From an uncultured Flavobacteriales bacterium (GTDB taxonomy: Bacteria; Bacteroidota; Bacteroidia; Flavobacteriales_D; Sanyastnellaceae), in contig CAWVRV010000002.1 of NCBI GenBank assembly GCA_963932755.1, positions 567 through 64,566 on the forward strand: 64,000 bases of DNA, in the 5' to 3' direction. The notes under the pieces are model-generated. The model had not been told where the DNA came from. It was given only the letters and a program-made list of their open reading frames with translations, and made no database searches. Below are positions 47,903 through 58,660 of the stretch, one piece after another (the stretch's first letter is position 1; every line of letters begins with the position of its first letter). Both the position numbers and the translations under genes were made by a program.

Positions 47903-50677
47903 ATGTTTATCGACCTATTCAAGACGTTTTTTCTTTCTGTTGGAGTCATGTTTTTTGCCTTGACTGCGAATGCTACGCACAATAGAGCCGGCGAAATAAC
48001 CTACAGACATCTTCAAGGGTTAACGTATGAGGTATTAGTCACGACCTATACAAAGGCCTCTGCTTTTGCTGACAGGCCCGTTTTGTATTTAAGGTGGGGA
48101 GATGAAAATGGTTTGGCATATGACTCACTTGATAGGGAGTCCATCAACATCCTCATAGGAGATATTCAAGTGAATACTTACACAGGAACCCATACTTACG
48201 GAGGTCCAGGTGTATTCGAGCTGAAGGTGGAAGATCCCAACCGAAATGAGGGTGTTCTAAATATGATTGGGTCAGTTGACACCCCGTTTTCCATTCGGTC
48301 ACTTCTTATTATTGATCCTGAGGCTGGTCACAACAACAGCGTACAACTTTTAAATCCAGCGACAGAAAATGCTTGCCTAAATAGAGATTGGGTTCACAAT
48401 CCGGCAGCTTTCGATGAAGATGGTGATTTACTTATATTCAGTTTGGTGCCATGTAGAGGTTTTAATGGTGACCCCATACCTACGTATATCTATCCGGACG
48501 AAGTGAGTAACAACGATGACACGTTTGCGATTGACCAGCTTACAGGTGATGTGACTTGGAGCAGTCCTCAACTCGTGGGTGAATACAATATTGCAATTCG
48601 AGTAGAAGAGTGGAGAGAAGTTGCAGGAGAGTTACGCAAAGTGGGCGAAGTCGTGAGAGACATGCAGATTGATGTACAAGTTTGTGCAAACCAGCCACCA
48701 GAGATTTCAGAACAGACGGATACATGTATCGTCGCAGGATCTTTCTTGACTTGGTTTATTAACGCTTCTGATCCTGATGGAAACAACATCACTTTAAATG
48801 CAGTGGGGGGGCCTATCAGTGAAGTGAATCATCCAGCGGTGTTTACGAATTTGGGTGGAGGGATAGGTGAATTTGCTTGGGCGCCAAGCTGTGCTGAAGT
48901 TCGACTTGCGCCTTACCAAATCATTTTCAAAGCCACCGATCAAGGCACTGCAGTTCCTTTGACAGATATTTCTACAGCCTATGTCAGAGTTGTGGCTCCG
49001 CCTGTAGAAAATGTCATTGCTGAAGCAGTAGGGAATACGGTCCTTCTTGGATGGGCTGGTGGAGAATGTAGTGAGAATCTAGAAAGCTGGCAATTAGATG
49101 CTGGGCATCACGACATCTACAGGAAACTTGATCCTGATGCGTGGAGTCCTACTGTCTGTGAAACAGGTGTTCCTGAGGAATTGGGATATGAACTTATTGC
49201 CAGTTTGCCTAACCTGGGTGAAACAGGCTTCGTGGATGAAGATATGTTGAGTTTCGGAGCGACCTACTGTTATCGAATCGTGATGAGATTTCAGGATGGT
49301 TCTGAATCACTCGCCAGTGACGATGTGTGTGCGACCATTGTGAAAGATGTTCCAGTAATGACACATGCAGACGTTGTGGTGACAGATGCTGTCGAAGGTG
49401 TTGTGAACGTGGGGTGGTCACCTCCTACAGAAATGGATACCTTGGCTTTTCCAGGGCCGTATTTTTATAAGGTATTTCATATTGATGGGTCAGGAGAAGC
49501 TGCTGAAGTCTCTACAATTGGCCCCTCGGAATCTTCCCCATTGGATATATTCGCGTTAGATACGACCTTTGCTCACGTTCAAGTAGATACAGAATCTGAA
49601 GCGAGAACATATAAGGTAGAGGCGTGGTCAGGAACCTTCGCTGGAGACCAAATAATCGGTGTGAGTATCCCGGCCCAAACCCCATTCTTGACGCTTACCC
49701 CGAACGACAATAGAATTGAACTGGAACTTACAGCCACCGTGCCGTGGTCGAATACAATCTTCTATTTGGAACGCAAAAGCCCTTTAGAACTTGACTTTAT
49801 TCCACTCGATACGATAGAGATTGGGGTTGATATACCCGGTGTCGTGGCGCCAGGAGGGGGGCAGGCTTTCCCCATTTATCAATCATTTTTATATGAAGAT
49901 ACTGAGTTGATTAATGGGGAAGCGTATTGTTATAGAGTAATTTCAGAGGGAAATTATGATGCTTCAGATATAGAAACACCTCTTCGCAATGCAGCTCAAA
50001 TTGTTTGTGCAACCCCCTACGATTTCACACCTCCCTGTCCGCCTGTTTTACAAGTAGATCCAGACTGCCCTCAAGAAGTGGACTTTGTCGCTTGGAGTGT
50101 AACTGATGGATGTGCAGATGATGTGATGGGGTATATCTTGTACTGGGCTCCATTCGAAGGCGATTCACTACAGCCCTATGCGTTTTTTGACAATGATGGA
50201 GTATTCGAATTGGACACTTCTTTTATATTTAATGAAGAAGGAGAGGAGGGAAGTATTGCTGGATGTTTTGCTGTTACAGCATTGGATAGTCTGAACTTGG
50301 GTCCTGATGGTGAATATCGACGGAATGAGAGTGCGTTTTCTAACATTGAATGTGTAGACAATTGTCCGTTTTATTTTCTTCCGAATGTGTTCTCTCCAAA
50401 TCAGGACAACATGAACGATGTCTTTCAGGCATTCCCCTGGAAGTTTATTGACAGCGTAGATTTTGTGATCAACAACAGATGGGGTGTCCCCGTGTTTTAT
50501 ACGCTCGACCCCAATGTCAATTGGGATGGAACTCATTTTGAGACAGGTGAACGTATGCCTGACGGAGTCTATTACTACACAGCTGTTGTCTATACGCGCC
50601 GTCTTGTAGGTATCGTTCCTGAGAAAATATCAGGTACCTTGCATTTGGTTGGTGGAAGAGGAATTGTAGTTGAATAA
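47903..50677 (+). CDS. Large secreted protein with T9SS type-B C-terminal sorting domain (gliding-motility-associated CTD)
   Basis: Signal peptide followed by THNRAGEITY, multiple Ig/cadherin-like beta modules, and a C-terminal ~90 aa with NVFSPNQDNMNDVF..NRWG..WDG..DGVYYY. Confidence 0.8.
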   Translation: MFIDLFKTFFLSVGVMFFALTANATHNRAGEITYRHLQGLTYEVLVTTYTKASAFADRPVLYLRWGDENGLAYDSLDRESINILIGDIQVNTYTGTHTYGGPGVFELKVEDPNRNEGVLNMIGSVDTPFSIRSLLIIDPEAGHNNSVQLLNPATENACLNRDWVHNPAAFDEDGDLLIFSLVPCRGFNGDPIPTYIYPDEVSNNDDTFAIDQLTGDVTWSSPQLVGEYNIAIRVEEWREVAGELRKVGEVVRDMQIDVQVCANQPPEISEQTDTCIVAGSFLTWFINASDPDGNNITLNAVGGPISEVNHPAVFTNLGGGIGEFAWAPSCAEVRLAPYQIIFKATDQGTAVPLTDISTAYVRVVAPPVENVIAEAVGNTVLLGWAGGECSENLESWQLDAGHHDIYRKLDPDAWSPTVCETGVPEELGYELIASLPNLGETGFVDEDMLSFGATYCYRIVMRFQDGSESLASDDVCATIVKDVPVMTHADVVVTDAVEGVVNVGWSPPTEMDTLAFPGPYFYKVFHIDGSGEAAEVSTIGPSESSPLDIFALDTTFAHVQVDTESEARTYKVEAWSGTFAGDQIIGVSIPAQTPFLTLTPNDNRIELELTATVPWSNTIFYLERKSPLELDFIPLDTIEIGVDIPGVVAPGGGQAFPIYQSFLYEDTELINGEAYCYRVISEGNYDASDIETPLRNAAQIVCATPYDFTPPCPPVLQVDPDCPQEVDFVAWSVTDGCADDVMGYILYWAPFEGDSLQPYAFFDNDGVFELDTSFIFNEEGEEGSIAGCFAVTALDSLNLGPDGEYRRNESAFSNIECVDNCPFYFLPNVFSPNQDNMNDVFQAFPWKFIDSVDFVINNRWGVPVFYTLDPNVNWDGTHFETGERMPDGVYYYTAVVYTRRLVGIVPEKISGTLHLVGGRGIVVE

Positions 50678-50702
50678 AACGAAACAGAAAAGTTACTGAA
50701 GG

Positions 50703-51314
50703 ATGTTTACAGGAATTATTGAATCTTTAGGAGTCATCGAGGGTATTGAGAAAGAGGGTTCAAATGTCCACTTCACACTTCGTTGCCCCTTTTCTGCAGA
50801 ACTTAAAATAGACCAAAGCGTTGCCCACGACGGAACCTGTCTTACTGTCGTAAAGTGCGATGACAAACGTTATACAGTGACCGCGATTGAAGAAACACTT
50901 CTCCGGACCCGACTCGGTAGTTGGAAGCTCGGAGATCAAGTCAATCTCGAGAGATGTGTTCGCCTCGGTGACCGGCTCGACGGTCACATGGTTCAAGGTC
51001 ATATTGATACGACAGGTATGCTTGTCAGTTCTGAATCTCGAGAAGGGTCTTACGTCCTTACATTTGAACACGCTTCGACTCCTGAAAACCCCGCTTGGAT
51101 AACCGTTCCCAAAGGGTCCGTGACCATCAACGGAATCTCCTTGACAGTTGTTGACAGCACACAAAATTCATTTTCTGTTGCGCTCATACCTTATACATGG
51201 AATGAAACGAACATGCATACTTTGGTTCCGAGAGATACAGTAAATCTAGAGTTTGACATCTTTGGAAAATACATGTCAAAAATCTTGGCGGCGAGATTAC
51301 CTGCCGGGTCTTAA
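50703..51314 (+). CDS. ribE: Riboflavin synthase
   Basis: [11 protein letters not shown]-terminus and two lumazine-binding repeats (..GDQVNLE.. and ..DTVNLE..). 203 aa. Confidence 0.9.
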   Translation: MFTGIIESLGVIEGIEKEGSNVHFTLRCPFSAELKIDQSVAHDGTCLTVVKCDDKRYTVTAIEETLLRTRLGSWKLGDQVNLERCVRLGDRLDGHMVQGHIDTTGMLVSSESREGSYVLTFEHASTPENPAWITVPKGSVTINGISLTVVDSTQNSFSVALIPYTWNETNMHTLVPRDTVNLEFDIFGKYMSKILAARLPAGS

Positions 51315-52052
51315 TTCGAAATTTTTACCAAGATACAGGCGTCTCACCTGTTCGTCCGAAGCAAGTGAATCTGCGGTACCTTCTTTTAAGATTTGGCCTT
51401 CAAAAAGTAAATATGCCCTGTCAGTGATGTGTAGCGTTTCTTGCACGTTGTGATCTGTAATTAAGATGCCGATTCCTTTTTTACTCAACTGAATCACGAT
51501 ACGTTGAATATCCTCCACAGCGATGGGGTCGACACCTGCAAATGGCTCATCTAATAGGATGAATGTAGGAGAGCAACACAATGCTCGGGCAATCTCAGTT
51601 CTACGTCTCTCTCCACCAGATAAAACGTTGCCCATGCTTTTTCTCACCTTATTCAGCCCAAACTCTTCGATCACCTCTTCTAATTTTTCGGCTTGCTCCT
51701 CTTTAGACAGGGATTGCAACTCTAAAATAGCTTTTAAGTTATCCTCGACTGACAAAGCTCTGAAAATCGACGCTTCTTGAGGGAGATATCCAATCCCCAT
51801 TTTTGCTCTTTCGTGCATGGGTGTCCTTGTGATTTCTTCTTTTCCTAAGAAGACCCGCCCTTCATCGGGCCGAACCAACCCTACGATTGTATAGAAGCTT
51901 GTGGTTTTGCCTGCACCGTTTGGCCCCAGTAACCCTACAACCTCTCCCGGTTTAATGTAAAAACTTACGTCGTTCACAACCTTTCGTCCTCCGTAGCTTT
52001 TGACGAGTCCTTCAGAATGCAAAGCGTCGTTTAGATCATTCGTTAATCCCAT
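51297..52052 (-). CDS. lptB: LPS export ABC transporter ATP-binding protein
   Basis: Walker [10 protein letters not shown], signature LSGGERRR, Walker [13 protein letters not shown], and an LptB-type C-terminus (..RRLYLGKNF). 251 aa. Confidence 0.9.
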   Translation of the reverse strand: MGLTNDLNDALHSEGLVKSYGGRKVVNDVSFYIKPGEVVGLLGPNGAGKTTSFYTIVGLVRPDEGRVFLGKEEITRTPMHERAKMGIGYLPQEASIFRALSVEDNLKAILELQSLSKEEQAEKLEEVIEEFGLNKVRKSMGNVLSGGERRRTEIARALCCSPTFILLDEPFAGVDPIAVEDIQRIVIQLSKKGIGILITDHNVQETLHITDRAYLLFEGQILKEGTADSLASDEQVRRLYLGKNFELRPGR

Positions 52053-52092
52053 GGTGTAAAATTACAACGATTTTTATTTTAGATAACGCGCA

Positions 52093-54537
52093 TTAAAGTT
52101 CAACCGAAAACCCCAATCGGATTCCCCAATTATCTCTCATTCCTTCTTCAGAGCGCGTGAGTCGTCTGTGGTAATCGATACGGAAGAACTGAAAAATATT
52201 TTCGATGCCGATGACTCCTTCTGCATACGTGCCATTCAGACCCGTAGTGCCATCAGGGAGAGACACGAGTTCTTCGTGTTTTGTATCCCAAGACCCCCGG
52301 ACCCCTTTAATTCCAATGACTTCCCTTAATTTGGCCCTTCGAATAAGAGGGATGTGATTTAAAATAGCGCCTTCTCCATGCCATTCGATACTTGCGCGAA
52401 CCCATTTGTCAGTGACGTACTCGAAATAGCGCAGCAAATTGAATGAAGGTTGTATTGAAAGCGCAGTCTCGTTCGCAGGTTGTAGTTCCATAAGCGCAAA
52501 TGGTGCTGTTCCTGAATAGATGCCCGTATTTGTATTCCATCTCACTCTTCCCAGTGGACCAAACCTGAGTTTCCCTTCCAGTTCCAAGGTGTACCTTCCG
52601 TACCTATACTGGCTTCCAGCAATGTTTTTCCAGGCCTGTGTAGTCGAAGCGGTTATGATCGGGAATCGTGACCCCAGAGAAACGCGATCGAATGCGCCGC
52701 TGACAAATTTCTCAGAATGGGCATATCTCAACTGAAAAGTACTTTCGGCAGTAATTAACACTTTATTTCCCTCCGGATTTTCGGGCAAAGGAAATTCAAG
52801 TTCACCTCTGGCGGTAATGTCTCGATGTCGAAGTTCAACAAACGTTGACCAGCCCGATCCAAACTCAGCGAGAAAGCTCGCCTCAGTTTTCACCACTTCC
52901 GTTAAATTGACTGCGCCACCTTCAATTGAAAGTGCGGAGTTAAATACATTGCCCTGATTAAAAAAGCCTAACATGCCAAATTGTTCAAGATCTTTTGAAT
53001 GTGAAGCATACCATTCTATACGAGGGATTTTACTTTGCAGCCAAGTAAGCTCTCCCCCGTACTTGAAAATTTCATCCTTGGATCCATAAGCCAAGAACAC
53101 CTTAGGTAGAAATGTTCTGCTGAAATCATTGCTGGTTTCTACTCCCAACCTGAATCTATTGCCTTCAATGGGGTTGTTGGAGTATGCGTAATACCATGGG
53201 CCCAGTTCGATCTTCCCCAACTTAACATTCCCAGACCCCAGACCATATAACAATCCCTTGATCAATTTATACTGCGTCATGGATTGAACGGAATCGGCCA
53301 TCCAGTAAATGGTGGCCTCTTTTTCCAACAATGGCTCAGGTCTCTTCAAAACCCATTCCTTTTCCAGCATGTCATTGCTCCCTTTTTCAAAACTTAAATC
53401 CCTTCTTGAGGACCAAACCGAGTCTGGCCACTCCTCTGAAAATTCGAAATTTGTATTGACTCGTGTTCCCCTGACATACATCCCCATGCTCGAACCGGTC
53501 ATTGAGAGGTCAATAATGTCTTCTTGCTTGAGGATGATCCAATTTCCATCAATGAGCGTATACTCTTGGCTCCATCTCAACGCCCGAACGAAATTCAGGT
53601 TCGCCCCCTCACTAATTTTGGCCTCTACCTTGCTCAATGCAAGAGATAAAGTATCAATCCACAATTCACCCTCAAAGGTCAGTTCACCTCTTCTTCTGGG
53701 GACAAAAGCCATGTGAAATGCAGGTCTTCCATTCATCTCTAGCGTATCAAGAATGTAGTATCTGTAGTGGAGATTTCCCCTGTCGTGTAAAGGGCTGGTG
53801 AAGGCTTTGTCAAGTAGTAGAAGTTGGTTCTCGTAGAGGTTGATATTGATGAATTCGGCACTTACACTTGACGAACTCTCACCGTCGGAAAGCCAAGTCG
53901 CCCTCGCGGCTTCTACTCTTTGTTCTGCTCTCCGCGGCTTTTTTTGTGATCTTTTTGTCCCAACTGATTCTGACAAAAATGTTGGAAGAGCGATTCGTAC
54001 ATCGCTGGAATCTAGATTGTCCCAGACCCAACCGAAAACGCCCCAGAACTTCCGCAAAGGCAATTTTTCAGGAATGTCATTAAGGTCAATTTGGAGTCTT
54101 TCATGGTAGTTGTAACTTACTGCAGAAATGTTTGCGGGGTCGTTGCCTGGCTTTGCATCTGCCACTCTTTGCATAAGCGGTTTTGCGGGGTTTTGCTTCT
54201 TTTTGTCGGGCCTTACCTCTGCGGCATCCAGCGCGATACTCCTGGGTTCAAGAGCGACATCCATCTTTTGTTTGACTTGTTTTTGTATAGAAATGCTCTG
54301 AGAGGCATACCCCATGAAAGAGACCACGATTCGATTTACTTTGTGTTCACTTGCGAGCTCATAATGACCTTTCGTATTCGTCATCGTGCCGATAGACGTG
54401 CCAGCAAAGCTCACATTTACATAAGGCAGAGCTTGTCCAGTTTCCCCATCAAAAACGCGACCTGACACCAAGGTGGTTTGACTCCAAACACCCAATTGAG
54501 ATACAACAAGAGTGAGACTCAGGAAAAGATATTTCAA
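52093..54537 (-). CDS. CarboxypepD_reg-like + DUF5686 outer-membrane protein
   Basis: Signal peptide, then VSGRVFDGETGQALPYVNVSF..TNTKGHYEL (carboxypeptidase-regulatory-like fold), then a long beta-rich region typical of Bacteroidetes DUF5686. The TTG start overlaps the tatC stop (TTGA). Confidence 0.7.
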   Translation of the reverse strand: MKYLFLSLTLVVSQLGVWSQTTLVSGRVFDGETGQALPYVNVSFAGTSIGTMTNTKGHYELASEHKVNRIVVSFMGYASQSISIQKQVKQKMDVALEPRSIALDAAEVRPDKKKQNPAKPLMQRVADAKPGNDPANISAVSYNYHERLQIDLNDIPEKLPLRKFWGVFGWVWDNLDSSDVRIALPTFLSESVGTKRSQKKPRRAEQRVEAARATWLSDGESSSSVSAEFININLYENQLLLLDKAFTSPLHDRGNLHYRYYILDTLEMNGRPAFHMAFVPRRRGELTFEGELWIDTLSLALSKVEAKISEGANLNFVRALRWSQEYTLIDGNWIILKQEDIIDLSMTGSSMGMYVRGTRVNTNFEFSEEWPDSVWSSRRDLSFEKGSNDMLEKEWVLKRPEPLLEKEATIYWMADSVQSMTQYKLIKGLLYGLGSGNVKLGKIELGPWYYAYSNNPIEGNRFRLGVETSNDFSRTFLPKVFLAYGSKDEIFKYGGELTWLQSKIPRIEWYASHSKDLEQFGMLGFFNQGNVFNSALSIEGGAVNLTEVVKTEASFLAEFGSGWSTFVELRHRDITARGELEFPLPENPEGNKVLITAESTFQLRYAHSEKFVSGAFDRVSLGSRFPIITASTTQAWKNIAGSQYRYGRYTLELEGKLRFGPLGRVRWNTNTGIYSGTAPFALMELQPANETALSIQPSFNLLRYFEYVTDKWVRASIEWHGEGAILNHIPLIRRAKLREVIGIKGVRGSWDTKHEELVSLPDGTTGLNGTYAEGVIGIENIFQFFRIDYHRRLTRSEEGMRDNWGIRLGFSVEL

Positions 54538-55385
54538 ATCTGATTGTGTTTCTTTTTTCTTCTCTTCTCTTCTCTTCGAGCGATCACGATGCCTAATTCG
54601 TAGAGCGCAAGGACCGGCATAGAGACCATTACTTGGCTCGTAACATCCGGCGGAGTGATAATTGCAGACAACACAAGGATTCCCACAAGTGCATGTCTTC
54701 GATACTTTTTAAGACCTTTCGGTGTTACTATTCCCGCTCGGGCGAGAAAGAAAATCAATACAGGCAATTGGAAAATCAGACCTGAAGAAAACGAAATGGT
54801 CGCGACTGTCTTCACATAGGACATCACGCCAATTCTATGGGCCACATCTGTTCCAGCTATTGCATCTCCGAGTTCATAATGCCCAAGGAACTGGAGTGAA
54901 AGCGGAACGATTCCCCAATACCCAAATGCCACACCCATGAAAAACAGCGTGGACGATGCTGCAGCAGCACCTCTTGCAGCCTTTTTTTCTGGCGCTTTAA
55001 GTGCGGGCTTGACAAAGGCCCACAATTGTATCGTTAAAAAGGGGAACGCAAGGATTGCTCCTCCGATGAGTGAAACAATCATGTGGGCTGTGAAGTTGCC
55101 CATCATGGTTGTATTTATAAGTTCGTAAGAGATGTCTGTTACGCATAGTTTGTCACCTGCTCCGATAAGTTCAGAAAGTTTACACCAAGCCCTAAAGCTG
55201 AAGAAGTTCTCATTTCTCGGCCCAAAAAGAACAGTATTGAACAACCAGTCTTTTTGAATAAATAGAAATGTAGACCCCGCGATGATGGCCATTGCGGAAA
55301 AGAATAATCTTTTTCTGACTTCTTCAAGATGATCGAGAAAGCCCATTTCTTTCTCGTTTGGTAGTTCTTGATCGAGAGGGCTCAT
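54534..55385 (-). CDS. tatC: Twin-arginine translocase subunit TatC
   Basis: 283 aa with a 6-TM TatC topology, FLDHLEELRKR-like N-terminus (FLDHLEEVRKRL) and a basic C-terminal tail. Confidence 0.9.
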   Translation of the reverse strand: MSPLDQELPNEKEMGFLDHLEEVRKRLFFSAMAIIAGSTFLFIQKDWLFNTVLFGPRNENFFSFRAWCKLSELIGAGDKLCVTDISYELINTTMMGNFTAHMIVSLIGGAILAFPFLTIQLWAFVKPALKAPEKKAARGAAAASSTLFFMGVAFGYWGIVPLSLQFLGHYELGDAIAGTDVAHRIGVMSYVKTVATISFSSGLIFQLPVLIFFLARAGIVTPKGLKKYRRHALVGILVLSAIITPPDVTSQVMVSMPVLALYELGIVIARREEKRRKKKHNQI

Positions 55386-56389
55386 TTCGTTTTTAACTGT
55401 GTAATCCCTTCTCTGACGAGATCGTGTAAGTGAACCATGCCTGTGTAATCCCCATTTTCGTTTGTAACGATTACCTGTGATATTCCTTTTTCCTCAATCA
55501 TTTTGGCGGCATGTGCTGCAAGTTCGGTCCCCACAATCGCAAATGGTTTCGGCGTCATAATCTCTTCAGCTATTGAATTGATGGCATTGCCTACTACGAG
55601 TGCTCTTCTTAAGTCACCATCAGTGATGATTCCCACAATGTTTGATTCCGACCCCACAATCGCAGTCGCTCCATATCTGCCGGCTGTCATGGACAGAAGT
55701 ACATCTTGTATATGCGCATCAACTCTGACTGACGGTCTTCTTTCTGGATCAATAAGATCGTGAAGCGTCACTGTAAGACGTCTTCCGAGTGCACCTCCAG
55801 GATGAAACTTTGCAAAATCTTCAGCGCCAAACCCCTTGGCTTCCATAAGACACATTGCCAAAGCATCGCCCAAAGCCATTTGAACAGCTGTGCTTGTAGT
55901 GGGAGCAAGGTCATATGGACAAGCTTCTGCATCGACCCCAGCGATCAATACGATGTCGGATTGTTTTGCGAGTGGAGAGTCAGCAACTCCTGTGACGCCC
56001 ACAATTGTATGACCGTGTTGTTTTAACAAGGGCGTCAAAGCAGTCATTTCTGCACTTCTGCCACTTTTAGAGAGACATATCACGACATCCCCCTCTTGAA
56101 TAACCCCTAAATCACCATGGACTGCATCTCCAGCATGGACAAAAAGGGCCGGTGAACCCGTTGAATTAAGGGTGGCAACAATTTTCCGACCCACATCAGC
56201 ACTTTTGCCTACACCTGTTAAAACGACTCTCCCAGATGTCTTAAGAATAAGGTTAATTACATCAACAAAAGGAGTGCCTAGCTGGTCTGCGAGGCGATTG
56301 ATAGCTTCAGCTTCTAGGCGAAGTGTTTGGGTGCCTCGAAGAAGGATTGACTCCGCTGTAGTGGATGGATTTAAATTTTTATCGGCCAT
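55382..56389 (-). CDS. kpsF: KpsF/GutQ-family arabinose-5-phosphate isomerase
   Basis: SIS domain (GVGKSADVGRKIVATLNSTGSPA) plus a C-terminal tandem CBS pair. ATG at 56389 is preferred over the extended ORF start at 56443. Confidence 0.9.
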   Translation of the reverse strand: MADKNLNPSTTAESILLRGTQTLRLEAEAINRLADQLGTPFVDVINLILKTSGRVVLTGVGKSADVGRKIVATLNSTGSPALFVHAGDAVHGDLGVIQEGDVVICLSKSGRSAEMTALTPLLKQHGHTIVGVTGVADSPLAKQSDIVLIAGVDAEACPYDLAPTTSTAVQMALGDALAMCLMEAKGFGAEDFAKFHPGGALGRRLTVTLHDLIDPERRPSVRVDAHIQDVLLSMTAGRYGATAIVGSESNIVGIITDGDLRRALVVGNAINSIAEEIMTPKPFAIVGTELAAHAAKMIEEKGISQVIVTNENGDYTGMVHLHDLVREGITQLKTK

Positions 56390-56455
56390 ATATAAATTTA
56401 TGGTTGCAAAATAGGTTAATCTGCTTATCTTTATAATGAGCAAATTTAAACATCG

Positions 56456-58654
56456 ATGAGCCTGATTGATGAATCGCCACTAAGCGCTTTACAAACATAT
56501 TTTGGATTTAATGAATTCAAGGGTGAGCAAGAGACTGCAATCCAGAGTGTCCTCAACGGGAAGGACACCTTTGTTATTATGCCTACAGGTGGAGGGAAGT
56601 CCATGTGTTATCAGTTACCGGCATTAATGCTAGAGGGTGTGGCGATAGTCGTATCACCACTGATCGCTCTTATGAAAAATCAAGTAGATGCCTTGCGAGG
56701 GAATCACGAAGACCCCGCCATCACTCATTTTCTGAATTCATCTTTAAACAAATCTGAAGCGGAGCAAGTGAGGGCAGATGTAGTCGCTGGTAAAACGAAG
56801 TTGCTTTATGTCGCTCCAGAAACACTCACCAAAGAGAGTAATGTTGAGTTTTTAAAATCTGTAAAGATCAGTTTCGTTGCTGTAGATGAGGCACACTGTA
56901 TTTCTGAATGGGGGCATGACTTTCGTCCTGAGTACAGACGTATCCGCCCCATCATCAAACAAATTGCAGATGTACCGATCATCGCACTCACAGCAACAGC
57001 GACACCCAAGGTTCAACAAGATATTCAGAAGAACCTTCAAATGGTCGATGCAACTTTAATCAAATCGTCCTTTAACAGAGACAACCTCTATTACGAAGTT
57101 CGACCTAAAAAAGATGCACTCAAGCAGATTGTTCAGTACAGCCTAAATAACAAAGGCAAAAGCGGCATTATTTACTGTTTGAGCAGAAAGAAAGTCGAAC
57201 AAATTGCTGAAACCCTATCTGTCAATGGGATCAAGGCGCTGCCCTATCACGCTGGAAAGGATTCTAAAACAAGAAGTCGAATCCAGGATCAATTCCTCAT
57301 GCAAGATGTGGATATTATCGTTGCGACGATTGCTTTCGGAATGGGCATAGATAAACCTGACGTAAGATCTGTCATCCACTATGATATCCCTAAAAGTTTA
57401 GAGAGCTACTACCAAGAAACGGGTCGTGCGGGTCGTGACGGAGGAGAAGGGCATTGTATCGCGTTCTATAGCCACAAGGATATCGAAAAGCTTGAAAAGT
57501 TTTTACAAGGCAAACCTATTGCTGAGCAAGAGATTGGCTCTCAACTCTTACAAGAGGTAATGGCATATGCTGAAACGTCTGTGTCTCGTCGAAAATTCTT
57601 ACTCCACTATTTCGGTGAGGAATTTGATGAAGTAAATGGACCTGGCGCAAAAAATTGCGACAATATGAGATATCCAAAGCCTCAATACGATGGTCAGGAA
57701 GAAATTCACATGGTCATTAGTGCCGCGCTTGAGCATAAAGAGGCTCACAAAATGCAGTTTATTTCTGCGATTCTTATCGGTGAGCACAACAGAGAGGTCG
57801 ATGACTACGATGGTGATAAAAGCTCATTTTGGGAACGAGGGAAAGAGAAATCAGACAGATATTGGAATGGCATAATACGTCAGGCGATTGTTCTTGGATT
57901 CTTGAAGAAAGAAATTGAGAAGTACGGAATTTTAAAGATTACGGACAAGGGCCGAGACTTCCTGATGAATCCCAAATCGGTGATGCTTTCTGAAGAAAGG
58001 AATTACCGAGATGTGGATACAGGAGACACAATGGTCCAAACCCGTAGAGGACAGGGAGGGGTTGCGGATGTTGCACTTAGAAAGATGCTCGTCACCCTTA
58101 GAAAGGATATCGCTGACGAAAAGGATTTGCCTCCTTACGTTATTTTTCAAGATGTATCCCTGGACGAAATGGCGATTCACTACCCAATCAAGGAAGATGA
58201 ATTGCTAAGGATTACCGGAGTGGGTGCAGGAAAGGCAATCAAGTTTGGTGTACGGTTTTTAGAACTCATTTCTAAATATGTCACGGAGAATGACATTGAG
58301 AGAGCAGAAGATTTGCTTGTGAGGACTTCGTCAAAGAAATCTTCCAACAAGGTGTCAATTATTCAACAAATTGACAGAAAGATGAATCTTGATGACATGG
58401 CCGCTCGTACGAATTTGACGCGACAAGAAGTATTTACTGAAATAGAACAAATCGTTGCTGCAGGAACCAAAGTGAATATCGACCACCTCATTGAAGAGTC
58501 TATGGATGAAGATTGCGTGGAGGAACTGTTTGAATTCTATAGTGATACAGAAGACGAAGGGATTGATTCAGCGTTGGTCGAATTTGAGGGTACTTATTCT
58601 GAGGATGAACTTAGATTGATGCGGGTGAAGTTTCTAAGTGATGTCGCGAATTAA
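56456..58654 (+). CDS. recQ: ATP-dependent DNA helicase RecQ
   Basis: Motif I PTGGGKS, DEAH box VDEAHCISEWGHDFRPEY, an RecQ-Ct/zinc region and a C-terminal HRDC-like domain. 732 aa. Confidence 0.95.
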   Translation: MSLIDESPLSALQTYFGFNEFKGEQETAIQSVLNGKDTFVIMPTGGGKSMCYQLPALMLEGVAIVVSPLIALMKNQVDALRGNHEDPAITHFLNSSLNKSEAEQVRADVVAGKTKLLYVAPETLTKESNVEFLKSVKISFVAVDEAHCISEWGHDFRPEYRRIRPIIKQIADVPIIALTATATPKVQQDIQKNLQMVDATLIKSSFNRDNLYYEVRPKKDALKQIVQYSLNNKGKSGIIYCLSRKKVEQIAETLSVNGIKALPYHAGKDSKTRSRIQDQFLMQDVDIIVATIAFGMGIDKPDVRSVIHYDIPKSLESYYQETGRAGRDGGEGHCIAFYSHKDIEKLEKFLQGKPIAEQEIGSQLLQEVMAYAETSVSRRKFLLHYFGEEFDEVNGPGAKNCDNMRYPKPQYDGQEEIHMVISAALEHKEAHKMQFISAILIGEHNREVDDYDGDKSSFWERGKEKSDRYWNGIIRQAIVLGFLKKEIEKYGILKITDKGRDFLMNPKSVMLSEERNYRDVDTGDTMVQTRRGQGGVADVALRKMLVTLRKDIADEKDLPPYVIFQDVSLDEMAIHYPIKEDELLRITGVGAGKAIKFGVRFLELISKYVTENDIERAEDLLVRTSSKKSSNKVSIIQQIDRKMNLDDMAARTNLTRQEVFTEIEQIVAAGTKVNIDHLIEESMDEDCVEELFEFYSDTEDEGIDSALVEFEGTYSEDELRLMRVKFLSDVAN

Positions 58655-58660
58655 TCTTCG

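Noticed and set aside
50678-50702. Possible riboswitches: FMN upstream of ribE, lysine upstream of aspartate kinase (17343-17386), and cobalamin upstream of the adenosyltransferase (19513-19545).
   Set aside because: The upstream spacers are only 25-44 bp, far too short to hold these aptamers.
51297-51314. 18-nt convergent overlap of ribE and lptB, considered as a possible mis-called stop or frameshift.
   Set aside because: Both proteins have normal lengths (203 and 251 aa) and intact C-terminal regions, and the frames are unbroken. I treat it as genuine overlap consistent with the general compaction of the locus.
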